Assembly (NCBI RefSeq): GCF_001194135.2
Contig: NC_068991.1
Location: 16,334,438-16,398,437 of the forward strand
DNA length: 64,000 nt
Source: Octopus bimaculoides
Lineage: Eukaryota
Direction of reading: 5' to 3'
The notes below the pieces were generated by a model that saw only the letters and a list, made by a program, of their open reading frames with translations, did no database searches and had not been told where the DNA came from. Below, one piece after another: positions 51,901-58,710 of this stretch. The position numbers were made by a program, and so were the translations under genes. Within the stretch, counting starts at the first letter, position 1; every line of letters starts with the position of its first letter.

Positions 51901-52576
51901 TTTGTTACTATATTTATGTTTTAATGTGGAGGCCCAGTGGTTAGGGCAGCAAACTCGCGGTCATAGGATCGCGGTTTCGATTCCCAGACCAGGCGTTGTG
52001 AGTGTTTATTGAGCGAAAACACCTAAGGCTCCGGCAGGGGATGGTGGCAAACCCTGCTGTACTCTTTCTCTCACTCTTACTTCCTGTTTCTGTTGTGCCT
52101 GTAATTCAAAGGGTCAGCCGTGTCACGCTGAATATCCCTGAGAACTATGTCAAGGGTACACGTGTCTGTGCAGTGCTCAGCCATTTGCACGTTAATTTCC
52201 CCGAGCAGGCTGTTCCATTGATCGGATCAACTGGAACCCTCGACGTATGTTTCAATACACTGCCGGTGTTTCAATTTTGAAAATAACAAAGAATTTGGTA
52301 AACTAACCTTGTCGTTATTAAGCTAGCATTTGGAGCATAAATTGTGAAACTATGATAAAAGGTTTTAATTGAAATCACTTAAGAACTGGAAGTTCTTATT
52401 TTTGTTTTATTTTCTGTACTTTTCAGCCTGTTGAGTCTCATAGCAATGCAAATTGGTTGATGAAATCTGTGTCAGCGATACGAGAATTAGTTGGACAGCC
52501 AGATGGATTCCTTGTGACGATATCTCTATTTTGTACTGGATTTGTCTTGAATGTCACTAAGTATTTCTTATTTTAA
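6894..52576 (+). CDS. LMF2: Lipase maturation factor 2, spliced gene (visible part; first coding exon missing)
   Basis: The 15 exon positions join in frame (1850 nt plus 1 nt from the missing exon = 617 codons including stop). LMF2-type motifs: [78 protein letters not shown]. From recalled family sequences these fit LMF2 rather than LMF1. Confidence 0.96.
8295..8412. repeat. 21-bp tandem repeat GCGCTGGTGCCACGTAAAAAA, about 5 copies
   Basis: Direct reading. Confidence 0.85.
8880..9082 (+). CDS. LMF2: LMF2 visible exon 2 (203 nt): EVDSVV...[10 protein letters not shown]
   Basis: ttacag acceptor, gtaagt donor, phase 1/0; transmembrane segments with GMDLLCLLG and LWLLYISL. Confidence 0.93.
9410..9795 (-). 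mobile_element. tRNA-derived SINE, family A, with TSD
   Basis: TSD GGTGGAAACCT at 9399-9409 and 9796-9806. Confidence 0.92.
10254..11530 (+). mobile_element. Full-length (1277 bp) inactive mariner transposon
   Basis: TIR TTGGGTCATCCCATAAATAATGCGG at both ends, TA TSD. Transposase fragments [31 protein letters not shown]; two in-frame TGA stops and a frameshift near 10755. Confidence 0.95.
11648..11676 (+). CDS. LMF2: LMF2 visible exon 3 (29-nt microexon): VGQTFFYFQ(W)
   Basis: tttaag acceptor, gtaagt donor, phase 0/2; conserved VGQxFxxFQW. Confidence 0.93.
11905..12020 (-). mobile_element. RTE-tailed SINE or short LINE 3' end, family D
   Basis: Ends CCCATGCTAGCATGGAAAGCGGACGTTAAAC(GAT)n on the minus strand. 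Confidence 0.8.
12675..12741. repeat. (CCA)n microsatellite
   Basis: Source of the poly-Pro pseudo-ORF 12657-12890. Confidence 0.95.
12941..13185 (+). mobile_element. tRNA-derived SINE, family B
   Basis: A-box TGGCCTAGTGG, B-box GGTTTCGATTCC, then GGGCAAAACACTT CORE-like motif. Confidence 0.75.
13484..13686 (+). CDS. LMF2: LMF2 visible exon 4 (203 nt): DILLLEAGF...CPTWWGLT
   Basis: ttccag acceptor, gtattt donor, phase 2/1; LLLExGF and [15 protein letters not shown] motifs. Confidence 0.96.
13850..14585 (-). mobile_element. Head-to-tail array of about 3 family E SINEs separated by (AAT)n
   Basis: Repeated GAGTTCAAAT...AGTACCAG...CAGGCCTTGTGCCTTTAGTAG units on the minus strand. Confidence 0.75.
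14732..14757 (+). CDS. LMF2: LMF2 visible exon 5 (26-nt microexon): (A)LNYHFESQ
   Basis: T-rich tract then atacag acceptor, gtaagt donor, phase 1/0. Confidence 0.93.
14915..15366 (+). mobile_element. SINE family C (tRNA-like head, internal (TA)n/(TG)n)
   Basis: GGCTGTGTGGTAAG head, GGCAAGTGTCTTCTACTATAGC core, GACTGAAAC tail. Confidence 0.78.
15672..16070 (-). mobile_element. Family D element with 3 internal tandem units of about 60 bp
   Basis: CACAAGAGCCAGTxCAGGGGCACxGGCA repeated three times between 15910 and 16070. Confidence 0.8.
16125..16342 (+). repeat. Degenerate minisatellite, about 24-bp unit (CAGGCACGCGCACTCTCTGTCCCA-like), about 9 copies
   Basis: Direct reading. Confidence 0.8.
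16720..16872 (+). CDS. LMF2: LMF2 visible exon 6 (153 nt): [14 protein letters not shown]...SFYAQ
   Basis: ttccag acceptor, gtgagt donor, phase 0/0; absent from the ORF track. Confidence 0.95.
17573..17961 (-). mobile_element. SINE family A with 12-bp TSD
   Basis: TSD CTTAGATACACT at 17561-17572 and 17962-17973. Confidence 0.93.
18600..18832 (+). mobile_element. Family D element
   Basis: Near-identical to other D copies; (GAT)n tail. Confidence 0.8.
18957..19068 (+). CDS. LMF2: LMF2 visible exon 7 (112 nt): [20 protein letters not shown]...DDDFFKKRA
   Basis: tgtcag acceptor, gtaagt donor, phase 0/1. Confidence 0.96.
19292..19668 (-). mobile_element. SINE family C, diverged
   Basis: Shared head, core and tail blocks. 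Confidence 0.72.
19941..20214. mobile_element. hAT-type MITE (274 bp)
   Basis: Perfect 16-bp TIR CAGGGGTTTTCAAACT and 8-bp TSD CTATAAGC (19933-19940, 20215-20222). Confidence 0.93.
20829..20975 (+). CDS. LMF2: LMF2 visible exon 8 (147 nt): (S)HSPEAKSFW...SLKTQI
   Basis: ctacag acceptor, gtaaag donor, phase 1/1; contains a transmembrane segment. Confidence 0.9.
21095..21250 (-). mobile_element. Family D element running into an N gap
   Basis: Sequence identity to other D copies. Confidence 0.8.
21638..21743 (+). CDS. LMF2: LMF2 visible exon 9 (106 nt): (A)[10 protein letters not shown]...EVLISFV(R)
   Basis: tttcag acceptor, gtaatg donor, phase 1/2. Confidence 0.9.
22295..22684 (+). mobile_element. 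SINE family A
   Basis: A/B boxes, (AAC)n tail, AGTAGTAGCA on both flanks. Confidence 0.9.
22829..22928 (+). CDS. LMF2: LMF2 visible exon 10 (100 nt): [11 protein letters not shown]...MFAISL
   Basis: tttcag acceptor, gtaagc donor, phase 2/0. Confidence 0.92.
23270..23470 (-). mobile_element. Degenerate RTE-type LINE 3' end
   Basis: Minus strand reads [17 protein letters not shown]...KTQPTHAS, followed by a tail resembling family D. Confidence 0.55.
23812..24435 (+). mobile_element. Two family D elements (about 23812-23965 and 24136-24435)
   Basis: Near-identical 3' ends with (GAT)n tails. Confidence 0.82.
24712..25146 (-). mobile_element. SINE family C, full length
   Basis: Near-identical to the copies at 29592, 42700 and 46871. 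Confidence 0.88.
26178..26293 (+). CDS. LMF2: LMF2 alternative exon 11A (116 nt): [38 protein letters not shown](R)
   Basis: ttttag acceptor, gtactc donor, phase 0/2, open frame, canonical YGLFRR. Confidence 0.92.
27280..28195 (+). mobile_element. Head-to-tail array of family E SINEs (at least 4 units, includes N gap)
   Basis: Units end in GCCTTGTGCCT...AGAAAGGATT(ATT)n and restart with AGCTGGCAGAA. Confidence 0.75.
29592..30026 (-). mobile_element. SINE family C, full length
   Basis: Shared blocks and internal (CA)n(TA)n. Confidence 0.88.
31583..31698 (+). CDS. LMF2: LMF2 alternative exon 11B (116 nt): [38 protein letters not shown](R)
   Basis: T8-caag acceptor, gtacaa donor, phase 0/2, open frame; aligns without gaps to 11A and 11C. 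Confidence 0.85.
32053..32446. mobile_element. Foldback/MITE with imperfect arms of about 125 bp enclosing a SINE-B-like head
   Basis: Left TCACATGTGATCATGTGGCCAACCAGGCTATCA pairs with right TGATAGCCTGGTCAGTCACGTGATCACATGTGA; sits in (TA)n. Confidence 0.75.
32567..32760. repeat. Near-perfect inverted repeat (79-bp arms, 36-bp loop)
   Basis: 32567-32645 vs 32682-32760, 76/79 complementary; right arm abuts an N gap. Confidence 0.92.
33600..34436 (+). mobile_element. Head-to-tail array of 4 family E SINEs with (ATT)n spacers
   Basis: Unit boundaries near 33820, 33996, 34226 and 34436. Confidence 0.78.
34480..35870 (-). mobile_element. Degenerate non-LTR retrotransposon with restriction-like endonuclease (R4/Dong-like), 3' half
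   Basis: Minus-strand fragments MEFGIEKCA...KYLG, WDWLKKG...[35 protein letters not shown] (zinc knuckle), NKPDI...LID (RLE); several frameshifts. Confidence 0.8.
36696..37095 (+). mobile_element. SINE family C, plus orientation
   Basis: Reverse complement of the copies at 24712, 29592 and 42700; followed after a gap by a partial minus copy (37290-37540). Confidence 0.85.
37723..37838 (+). CDS. LMF2: LMF2 alternative exon 11C (116 nt): [38 protein letters not shown](V)
   Basis: tttcag acceptor, gtaaga donor at 37839, phase 0/2, open frame. Confidence 0.9.
38681..38913 (+). mobile_element. Family E-headed SINE with 12-bp TSD
   Basis: TSD GAAACTATACAG at 38669-38680 and 38914-38925. Confidence 0.85.
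38926..39197. mobile_element. Degenerate hAT-type MITE
   Basis: Right TIR AAGTTTGGGAACCACTG, degenerate left TIR AAGCGCTTCCCAAAGT, flanking 8-mers CTATACAG. Confidence 0.55.
39761..39978. mobile_element. piggyBac-like MITE, second family
   Basis: TTAA TSD; TIR CCCTTTTGTTACCA vs TGGTATCAAAAGGG. Confidence 0.78.
40400..40810 (-). mobile_element. RTE-type LINE C-terminal relic
   Basis: Minus-strand [17 protein letters not shown] resembles the RTE C-terminal GRPKKTW motif. Confidence 0.5.
41607..41958 (+). mobile_element. SINE family A with internal deletion
   Basis: TSD ATTAGTTTCAGTG on both sides; lacks the TTAAGGGTACACGTG segment. Confidence 0.9.
42325..42608 (-). mobile_element. Ty3/gypsy gag N-terminal relic
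   Basis: [17 protein letters not shown]...[49 protein letters not shown] with two stops; resembles invertebrate gypsy gag starts as I recall them. Confidence 0.6.
42700..43110 (-). mobile_element. SINE family C, full length
   Basis: Near-identical to the other C copies. Confidence 0.88.
44274..44640 (+). mobile_element. SINE family C, diverged, plus orientation
   Basis: Head, core and GACTGAAACAAGTAAAAGATAAAAG tail. Confidence 0.75.
46107..46228 (+). CDS. LMF2: LMF2 visible exon 12 (122 nt): [15 protein letters not shown]...[13 protein letters not shown]
   Basis: ttttag acceptor, gtaagt donor, phase 2/1. Confidence 0.96.
46871..47262 (-). mobile_element. SINE family C (internal microsatellite falls in an N gap)
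   Basis: Shared blocks on both sides of the gap. Confidence 0.85.
48030..48251. mobile_element. piggyBac-like MITE nested in a decayed family A SINE
   Basis: Splits the SINE motif GAGAACTATG-TTAA-GGGTACA at its TTAA, which is duplicated (48026-48029, 48252-48255). Confidence 0.8.
48624..48843 (+). CDS. LMF2: LMF2 visible exon 13 (220 nt): (T)[15 protein letters not shown]...[13 protein letters not shown]
   Basis: ccatag acceptor, gtaggt donor, phase 1/2. Confidence 0.95.
49347..49907 (-). mobile_element. Internally deleted, truncated Tc1/mariner-superfamily transposon
   Basis: TA + CAGGGTG terminus at 49907; peptide [12 protein letters not shown]...[12 protein letters not shown]...WPLNSPD. 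Confidence 0.8.
49934..50096. mobile_element. Family D element with an inverted segment
   Basis: 3' part with (GAT)n tail forward, followed directly by the reverse complement of the adjoining 5' part. Confidence 0.75.
50326..50829 (-). mobile_element. Two family D elements (about 50326-50525 and 50695-50829)
   Basis: Near-identical to other D copies. Confidence 0.82.
50894..51005 (+). CDS. LMF2: LMF2 visible exon 14 (112 nt): (K)[17 protein letters not shown]...NNIFE
   Basis: ttgaag acceptor, gttggt donor, phase 2/0; WWxR...YxP motif. Confidence 0.88.
51927..52247 (+). mobile_element. SINE family A with deletions
   Basis: B-box GGTTTCGATTCC and body; flanks ATGTTTTAAT / ATGTTTCAAT. Confidence 0.82.
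52427..52576 (+). CDS. LMF2: LMF2 probable terminal coding exon (150 nt): [10 protein letters not shown]...[10 protein letters not shown]
   Basis: tttcag acceptor, phase 0, 50 codons to TAA; ends in a hydrophobic segment as expected for the family. Confidence 0.8.
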   Translation, partial: PVESHSNANWLMKSVSAIRELVGQPDGFLVTISLFCTGFVLNVTKYFLF

Positions 52577-53464
52577 GCTGTGCTGCCCTTTACATGTTCC
52601 TCTGTCTTTCATTTGCTTTGGGGTTTTTTTTTCTTTTAATTTTTTTTACTTTCCTTCTATCCTTTCCCTCCTCTCACCACCATCCTATCCACACTCCCCT
52701 CTGTACTCTTTCTTTTCTTTCTGCTTTGTGAAATTCTCTGTGAGACGGTTCCATTGTCTTTAAAAACATGCTGTCAAATCAGTTCATAGACTAAACCATT
52801 CAATATTAACAACGATGACAACAAAAGCAGCGGATTATCAAGGATTAACAGCAACGTTGATGATAGCAGCAGCAGCATATTGTAAAGAACGGCAATGTAA
52901 TTGATAATTACACCACCACCCCAACAACAACATCATTCGTAACAACATTTACAATGTCAAAACTCTGTTAGCAGTAACATCACCAACAACAATAATAATG
53001 AAGAAAACAACAACAGTAACATCAACCACCACTTCCACCACCACCATTGACATGTAACTAAACAATTATTTAAAGTAAAATAAAAAGAAAAAAATTTTAT
53101 ATATAAAAAAAAAGATGACAAAAAATAGGCAATAAATCAGTATTTTTACCCCCCTAAATAGATTCCCCCCCCCTTTTTTTTTTCTTTCCTATTATCCATA
53201 ACCTATTTTGTATAGGATTTGAATGTTGCTCAAGTCGACATTGCCTTTTCATCTTTCTGAGTTTGATAAAATAAATGTCAATGAAACAATTACTGCTGTG
53301 GATATAGTTGATTATACAATACCACTGAAGATGGTTATCAGCATGGTTACAGTTCAATGACTGAAACCAGGTGAAGGAAAAAATACTGATAGGAAACTGG
53401 GGGGTTTTATTGTATTTTAAGGATTGTGGACTTTTGGGAAGTTATTAGCCTTTTTCTGAACAAT

Positions 53465-54345
53465 GCTGGAAGTATGGTAAACATATTGTGAACAATTCTT
53501 GTTAGCATGGTAAATATTGTGAACAGTGCTTCTGAGCATGGTAAACAATGCTTGTTAGCATTGTAAACATCCATGAACACTGCTAGAAGTACAGTAAACA
53601 TTTGTAAACAATACTGTAAGCATGGTAAACATTTCTGAACAACACTGTGAGTATGAAGAATATAAGTGTGAACAATGCTTATTAGCACTTTGAGCATTTG
53701 TGAACAATACTGGAAGTATGATAAACTTTGTGGACCATACTGTATGGTAAACAATGCTGTAAGCATGGCAAACAGTGAATAGTACTGTATGCATTGTAAA
53801 CATGAACAATACTTATGAAGAATGTTGTTAGCATGGTAAAAAGTTGTAAGCAAAGCTTACAAGTGCAGGATATATTTGTGAACAATGTTAGCATGGACAA
53901 TATTTACAGTGAGCATGATAAACATTTATGAGCAATGCTTGTTTTAATGGTAAACATGAACAATACTGTAAACTGGGTAATCATTTGTAAACAGTGAGTA
54001 AACCTGAATGAACTCTGAACTATTTGTTTGCTCAGTAAACTTTTGTAAATAATAGTGTGAAACATTCATGGACACTGCTCATAAGCATAGCAAACAGTTG
54101 TGAACAGTGCTGAAAGCATAGTAAACATTTGTGAACAATGCTCATAGCATAACAAACAGTTGTAAACATTTGTTAACTGTTCTCATAAGCATTGCAAACA
54201 GTTGAGAACAATGCTTGTTATCTCAGTGAACAACTGTGTAAACATTTGTGAACAGTGTTCATAAGAATGGTAAACAGTGGTGAACAATGTTATAAGCATT
54301 GTAAACATTTGTGAATAATGCTCATAAGTACAGTAAACAGTTGTA
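53465..54345. repeat. Degenerate tandem array, about 31-32-bp unit (AGCATGGTAAACATTTGTGAACAATGCTTGTT-like)
   Basis: Recurrent AGCAT, GTAAACA and GTGAACA motifs over about 880 bp. Confidence 0.8.
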
Positions 54346-55230
54346 AAGAATTTTCGTTAAAATGGAGTTTTCTTGAACCCATTGAGTACAGTTGACAAGT
54401 GAAAATACTGCTTTAAAGTTTGAACCTGCTGTTATCAATACTAATAAATGCACTGTAACTTTAAAAAAAGAAAGATGGAATATTTTAAAAAATCATTATA
54501 AGTGAAAAAATGGCTATTTTATTTAAGAAAAGAAAAGCAAAACTAAACTGGAAGAAGGCAAAGTGAGTTAAACAGGAAAAATGAAAGAGTAAAAGTGTTG
54601 TGGTTATTTCATTTTGTGTTTTTTTGCATTCAAATCTTGTTAAGAGTTGACTTTTCCCTTTCAAACTCCTCAGTTGCTGAAATCCCATATATTCTGACAT
54701 ACAAATCGATGTGGTATATAGTGTAAATGTGTTATATAAACATTCAAACATTCTCACCGTCTTTCCAAATCCTGTTCTATTTCACATGGAATTTTTGGTC
54801 CTCCAATGCCATCTTGGTGTTATACACCAAGTCAGCTACCATTTTTGGCTGTAACTTTTGGTCTGAAAAATTCATCTTGTATGTCAGAAATTATGGTAAT
54901 AGTATTTGTATACATTTGCACTACAAGGGCAGTTACCATCTTATGTAGAATTCTGTGACTATATAAGTCATATTTATGAATAATGAAAAAATAATGGTTA
55001 TAATTATAACAAAAATTAATAACTAATATTGGTTCCATAACAAAATTGTCTCCTGAAACTTTTTTTTTTAAATAAAGACAAATTCTCATTTCCATATTTG
55101 ATTTAAATGTTATAGTAGTGAACGGAAAACAAGGCAAAGCTTCTATTAAAAAAACAAAACAATCCTTTGGTTAATATATTTTCACAATCCTCATCATGCT
55201 GAGGTTTAATTGCTATTTAAACTATAAATA

Positions 55231-55434
55231 ACACAGTGATCTCCCTTGCGATGTGAAAGTATGCGCACTGAAGCAATATCTACAAATAATTTTATATTTG
55301 GTTAGTTAAGTTCTCATTTCAAATCACACCATGGTTGACTGTCTTTCATTTGTCTAAAATCACTGAAATAAGTAACAAATGAAATAAATTTCAGTTCTCT
55401 TACAATTTTCTCACCGCAAGGGAGGTCACTGTGT
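55231..55434. mobile_element. TA-flanked MITE (204 bp)
   Basis: TIR ACACAGTGATCTCCCTTGCG vs CGCAAGGGAGGTCACTGTGT (19/20), TA on both sides. Confidence 0.68.
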
Positions 55435-55591
55435 TATGTATTTCTGTTACACAGTGTAAATAAGCAACATTTGAATTGAGTCGACGTAATCGATTATGTA
55501 TATCCTTAAGAATAGAACCCTTCATTTCTAACGTGTTATATCTAAAAAAGGAAATGAAAATTAAATGTGTTCAGCTGTTAAAGTGTGTATG

Positions 55592-55996
55592 CAATTAATG
55601 AGTCCTTTGAACATTAGCCTGTTTAATTAATGCGCACCTTTGATGATAATTCTGCACGATTAAGTCCGACCTTTGAACATATGTCTGTTCAATAAGTCCT
55701 ATGCTGGCTCGTTTGATAATAGGTCTCTTCAATTAATGCGGACCTTTGATGAATGGACTGTTCATTTACTGCGGTCCTTTGGTCATAGGTCTATCCAAAT
55801 ACAGAGGATCCATGATCGTAGAAGTATTCAGTTATTGGGGGTTTTTTGATCTTGGGTTTACCCAATTAAGTCCGACGTCTGGACAGAGGCTTCAATTGAC
55901 GTTAAACTTTAATCATAAGTCTGTTTAGCTAATGCAGGCAGTTTACAATACATCGGTTTAATCAATGCTGAACTTCCGTCATAAGTCTGTTAATTA
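55592..55996. repeat. Degenerate 33-bp tandem array, about 12 units (AATTAATGCGGACCTTTGATCATAGGTCTGTTC-like)
   Basis: Unit starts at 55625/55658/55691, 55731/55764/55797/55830 and 55894/55927/55960. Confidence 0.8.
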
Positions 55997-56009
55997 CTAG
56001 TGATTGTAG

Positions 56010-56105
56010 TGGCGCGAAATTATAGCCGCCATTGAGGAAGTACTATTCTGCGCATGCGCAAGGGACTTCACCACCGGAAGCCCCTCGAGTTGCGCATGCT
56101 TAGTA
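56010..56105. promoter_or_regulatory. Housekeeping-type promoter motif cluster
   Basis: YY1-like GCCGCCATT (56025-56033), perfect NRF1 palindrome TGCGCATGCGCA (56049-56060), ETS CCGGAAG (56074-56080), second TGCGCATGC (56091-56099); locally CpG-rich. Confidence 0.6.
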
Positions 56106-57389
56106 AAACTGGTACTTAAACTGTTTCACTTTCTCAGCGAGTTGAGGACAGACCTTCTACGTGACAACTCCTCGTTCCTCAACGAAGCACTCTTCACCAC
56201 GATGCCTTCGATGGTGATAGCTACTTGCTTCTAAACTTTTACATGATATTTGATTTCAGGTTCGCTCAGTTAATGCGTATCTGTTCAATTAATGAGCAGA
56301 TACATATACATATATACTTATACAGACAGGAATTCGCATACATACATATCTTTTAAGTTCGTTTACGGGAAACGTTTTTGAGTACGCATATAATAGCTTC
56401 TATTTTACTAAGTCGGTTACGGCCTAGTGATTCCAACTTGCAACAGCAGTTTATGGGAAAGTATCGAGCTGTGCAGATATAGCGCAAGATAAATATAGTA
56501 ATAATAATTATAATTCATGGATGGAATTTATAAATATTTTAATGCATCGCGCTGCGCCATTCCACAACTCACAAGTTTTCTGTAACCATAGTCCGTACAC
56601 CTGGAATGATTACAGTCCACTCTAATATCCATGGATATCAGGTGAGTGTTCATTTCTTCAGGCGATATAGCATTAAAGTTGAAAATACATACATATGTAT
56701 ATCTATTTCTCTATCAATCTGCACACATACACACGTGAATTCTTGCACACTCACATTCATTCGTAATGAAAAAAGAAAGAAAACCTCATTATGCTTTATT
56801 TGCTGCTAGTTACCAATGTTTCTTCTTCAAGGTACGTTAGGTACTTTATTTAGTAAATCTACGAAACATAATTAAGAAAGTCTTTGAGTTCTGCTTTGTT
56901 GAGGTTTCATGCAAAACGTTTTATTCTCTTTTTTCCTTTTTATCTTTCTCGTAAAACCATACTCCCCTGGGAAAACAGATAGAGAAAGGATATATATATA
57001 TATATATATATCAGTACATATTGTAAAGCTGAGTCTGTGAGTGTGTGTGTTACATCTGTAGAAATCCACACCTTTCAAGATTGCAATCTGAGAGTCGCAC
57101 CAATGAATTCCTCATGGTCGAAAATGCCCGGAATCGGCCATTTATTATTATTATTATTATTTTTTTGCTTCCTAATACGTGAATTTTTGTATTAAAAATA
57201 ATTTTAAACCATAACTTCTAACAATTTTAAAGTCGGAGCATGAGTTAAGTCCCCTTCTACCGACCGTGTAAAGAGAGCGAGAGAGATAACAGATTTTTTT
57301 CAATTTCGTCTTTTTAGTGAGTGATAATCCAAGGGTAATTAGATCTAACAGTAGAAATATTTGTATACACACACACACACACACAAAGT

Positions 57390-57521
57390 TGTTTGTTATG
57401 GCCGGTCAGGAGGTAATTATTGGTTTCGCGCTTATAAAGCGCTTAGCTGTATAGACCACTCGTCAGACTCAAGTGACCAGAGGCACATAGCCGGATACTT
57501 TCTGACCGGCCATAACAAACA
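57390..57521. mobile_element. 132-bp MITE-like element
   Basis: Perfect 20-bp TIR TGTTTGTTATGGCCGGTCAG; flanks CACAAAGT / GACAAAGT (7/8). Confidence 0.7.
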
Positions 57522-58554
57522 GACAAAGTACTATTACTAATACTACTCAGAACTGTTTGATTCGGGATCCATACAATTTCAAGTTTCGTTACAGCTATCT
57601 AAATCGTCGGGTCGAGACGGCATATGAAACTAAGTTGCACAGGGCCGAATCAAACGGTTTGAGTTATAACGTATGTAACTCCTACTAAATGAGTCGAGTA
57701 CCTCTTTCTTTCGTTTATCCATTCAATTGAATATCTATCTATCTATCACTTTTTAAAGTTATCTGTACAGATTTTCTATTGAAATTCGAGTACTGAAAGT
57801 TATGACATTTCGTATACAAATATGTACAAAATGCGATGGAAGATAGAAAAATAAGTATTAGGTGTATATACAAATTTCAGGAATTATTAATCCTCCTTCA
57901 GTACCGCATCCAACTCATTAACCATCCACGAATATATTGCTTAAATAGACACTAAGTTAATCGGTGCATCACTATTGCATAGACCAATTTTACATATTAA
58001 ACACATTTCTGCCAACTGGTACGTACATATTAGGTCGTCAAGTATGACATTGGCGAAATTACAGGAATTGGAAGTTCTTCATCATCCACCATAATCACCT
58101 GATCTTGCCCCCACTGACTATCGCTGAAATGGTAAAAGTGTATTGACAATATGGGTGCATACTTTGATGAATAAAACTATTCCTTGTATTTATAAAACAT
58201 TAGCAAGCAAGTATATTAAAGGTTTGTAAGTCAATGCCGTGTGTCCTACGTGTGCTAGCAGTGTGATTCGATCATTTTTTAAAGTTATCTCTACATTGCG
58301 TTCGTGGATAGTAAATGGTTTGAATGCGGTGCTGAAAAAGGAGCAATAACTCGTGAAATATGCATATACACCCATTCCTATTTTCGATCACATTGTTTAT
58401 ATAGATGTATTCGTATACGAATCTTCGTAACTTTCAGTGCTGTAATTTCTTTAGAAAACCTGCAGATATAACTTTTTAAAAAATGCCGCTGAGCATTTTG
58501 TCCGGCGTGCTAACGATTCTGCCAGTCACCACCTTAATAATGATTTCAAATTTT

Positions 58555-58710
58555 GGCACAAGCCCAGCAATTTTAGGAGAAGGGATAATCGGGTACTCCA
58601 ACCCTATGGCACAAGCTCAGCAATTTTAGGAGAAAGGATAGTCGGGTACACCGACCCTATGGCACAAGCCCAGCAATTTTAGGAGAAGGGATAGTCGGGT
58701 ACACCGACCT
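58555..58710. repeat. 53-bp tandem repeat x3 inside a SINE-E-like element
   Basis: Units start at 58555, 58608 and 58661. Confidence 0.9.

Noticed and set aside
53079-53136. AATAAA hexamers as the LMF2 poly(A) signal
   Set aside because: Plausible but not distinguishable from chance in this A-rich tract without 3' end data
55746-55928. ORF within the 33-bp array as a real gene
   Set aside because: It switches repeat register at an indel, and stops interrupt the equivalent frame in neighbouring units
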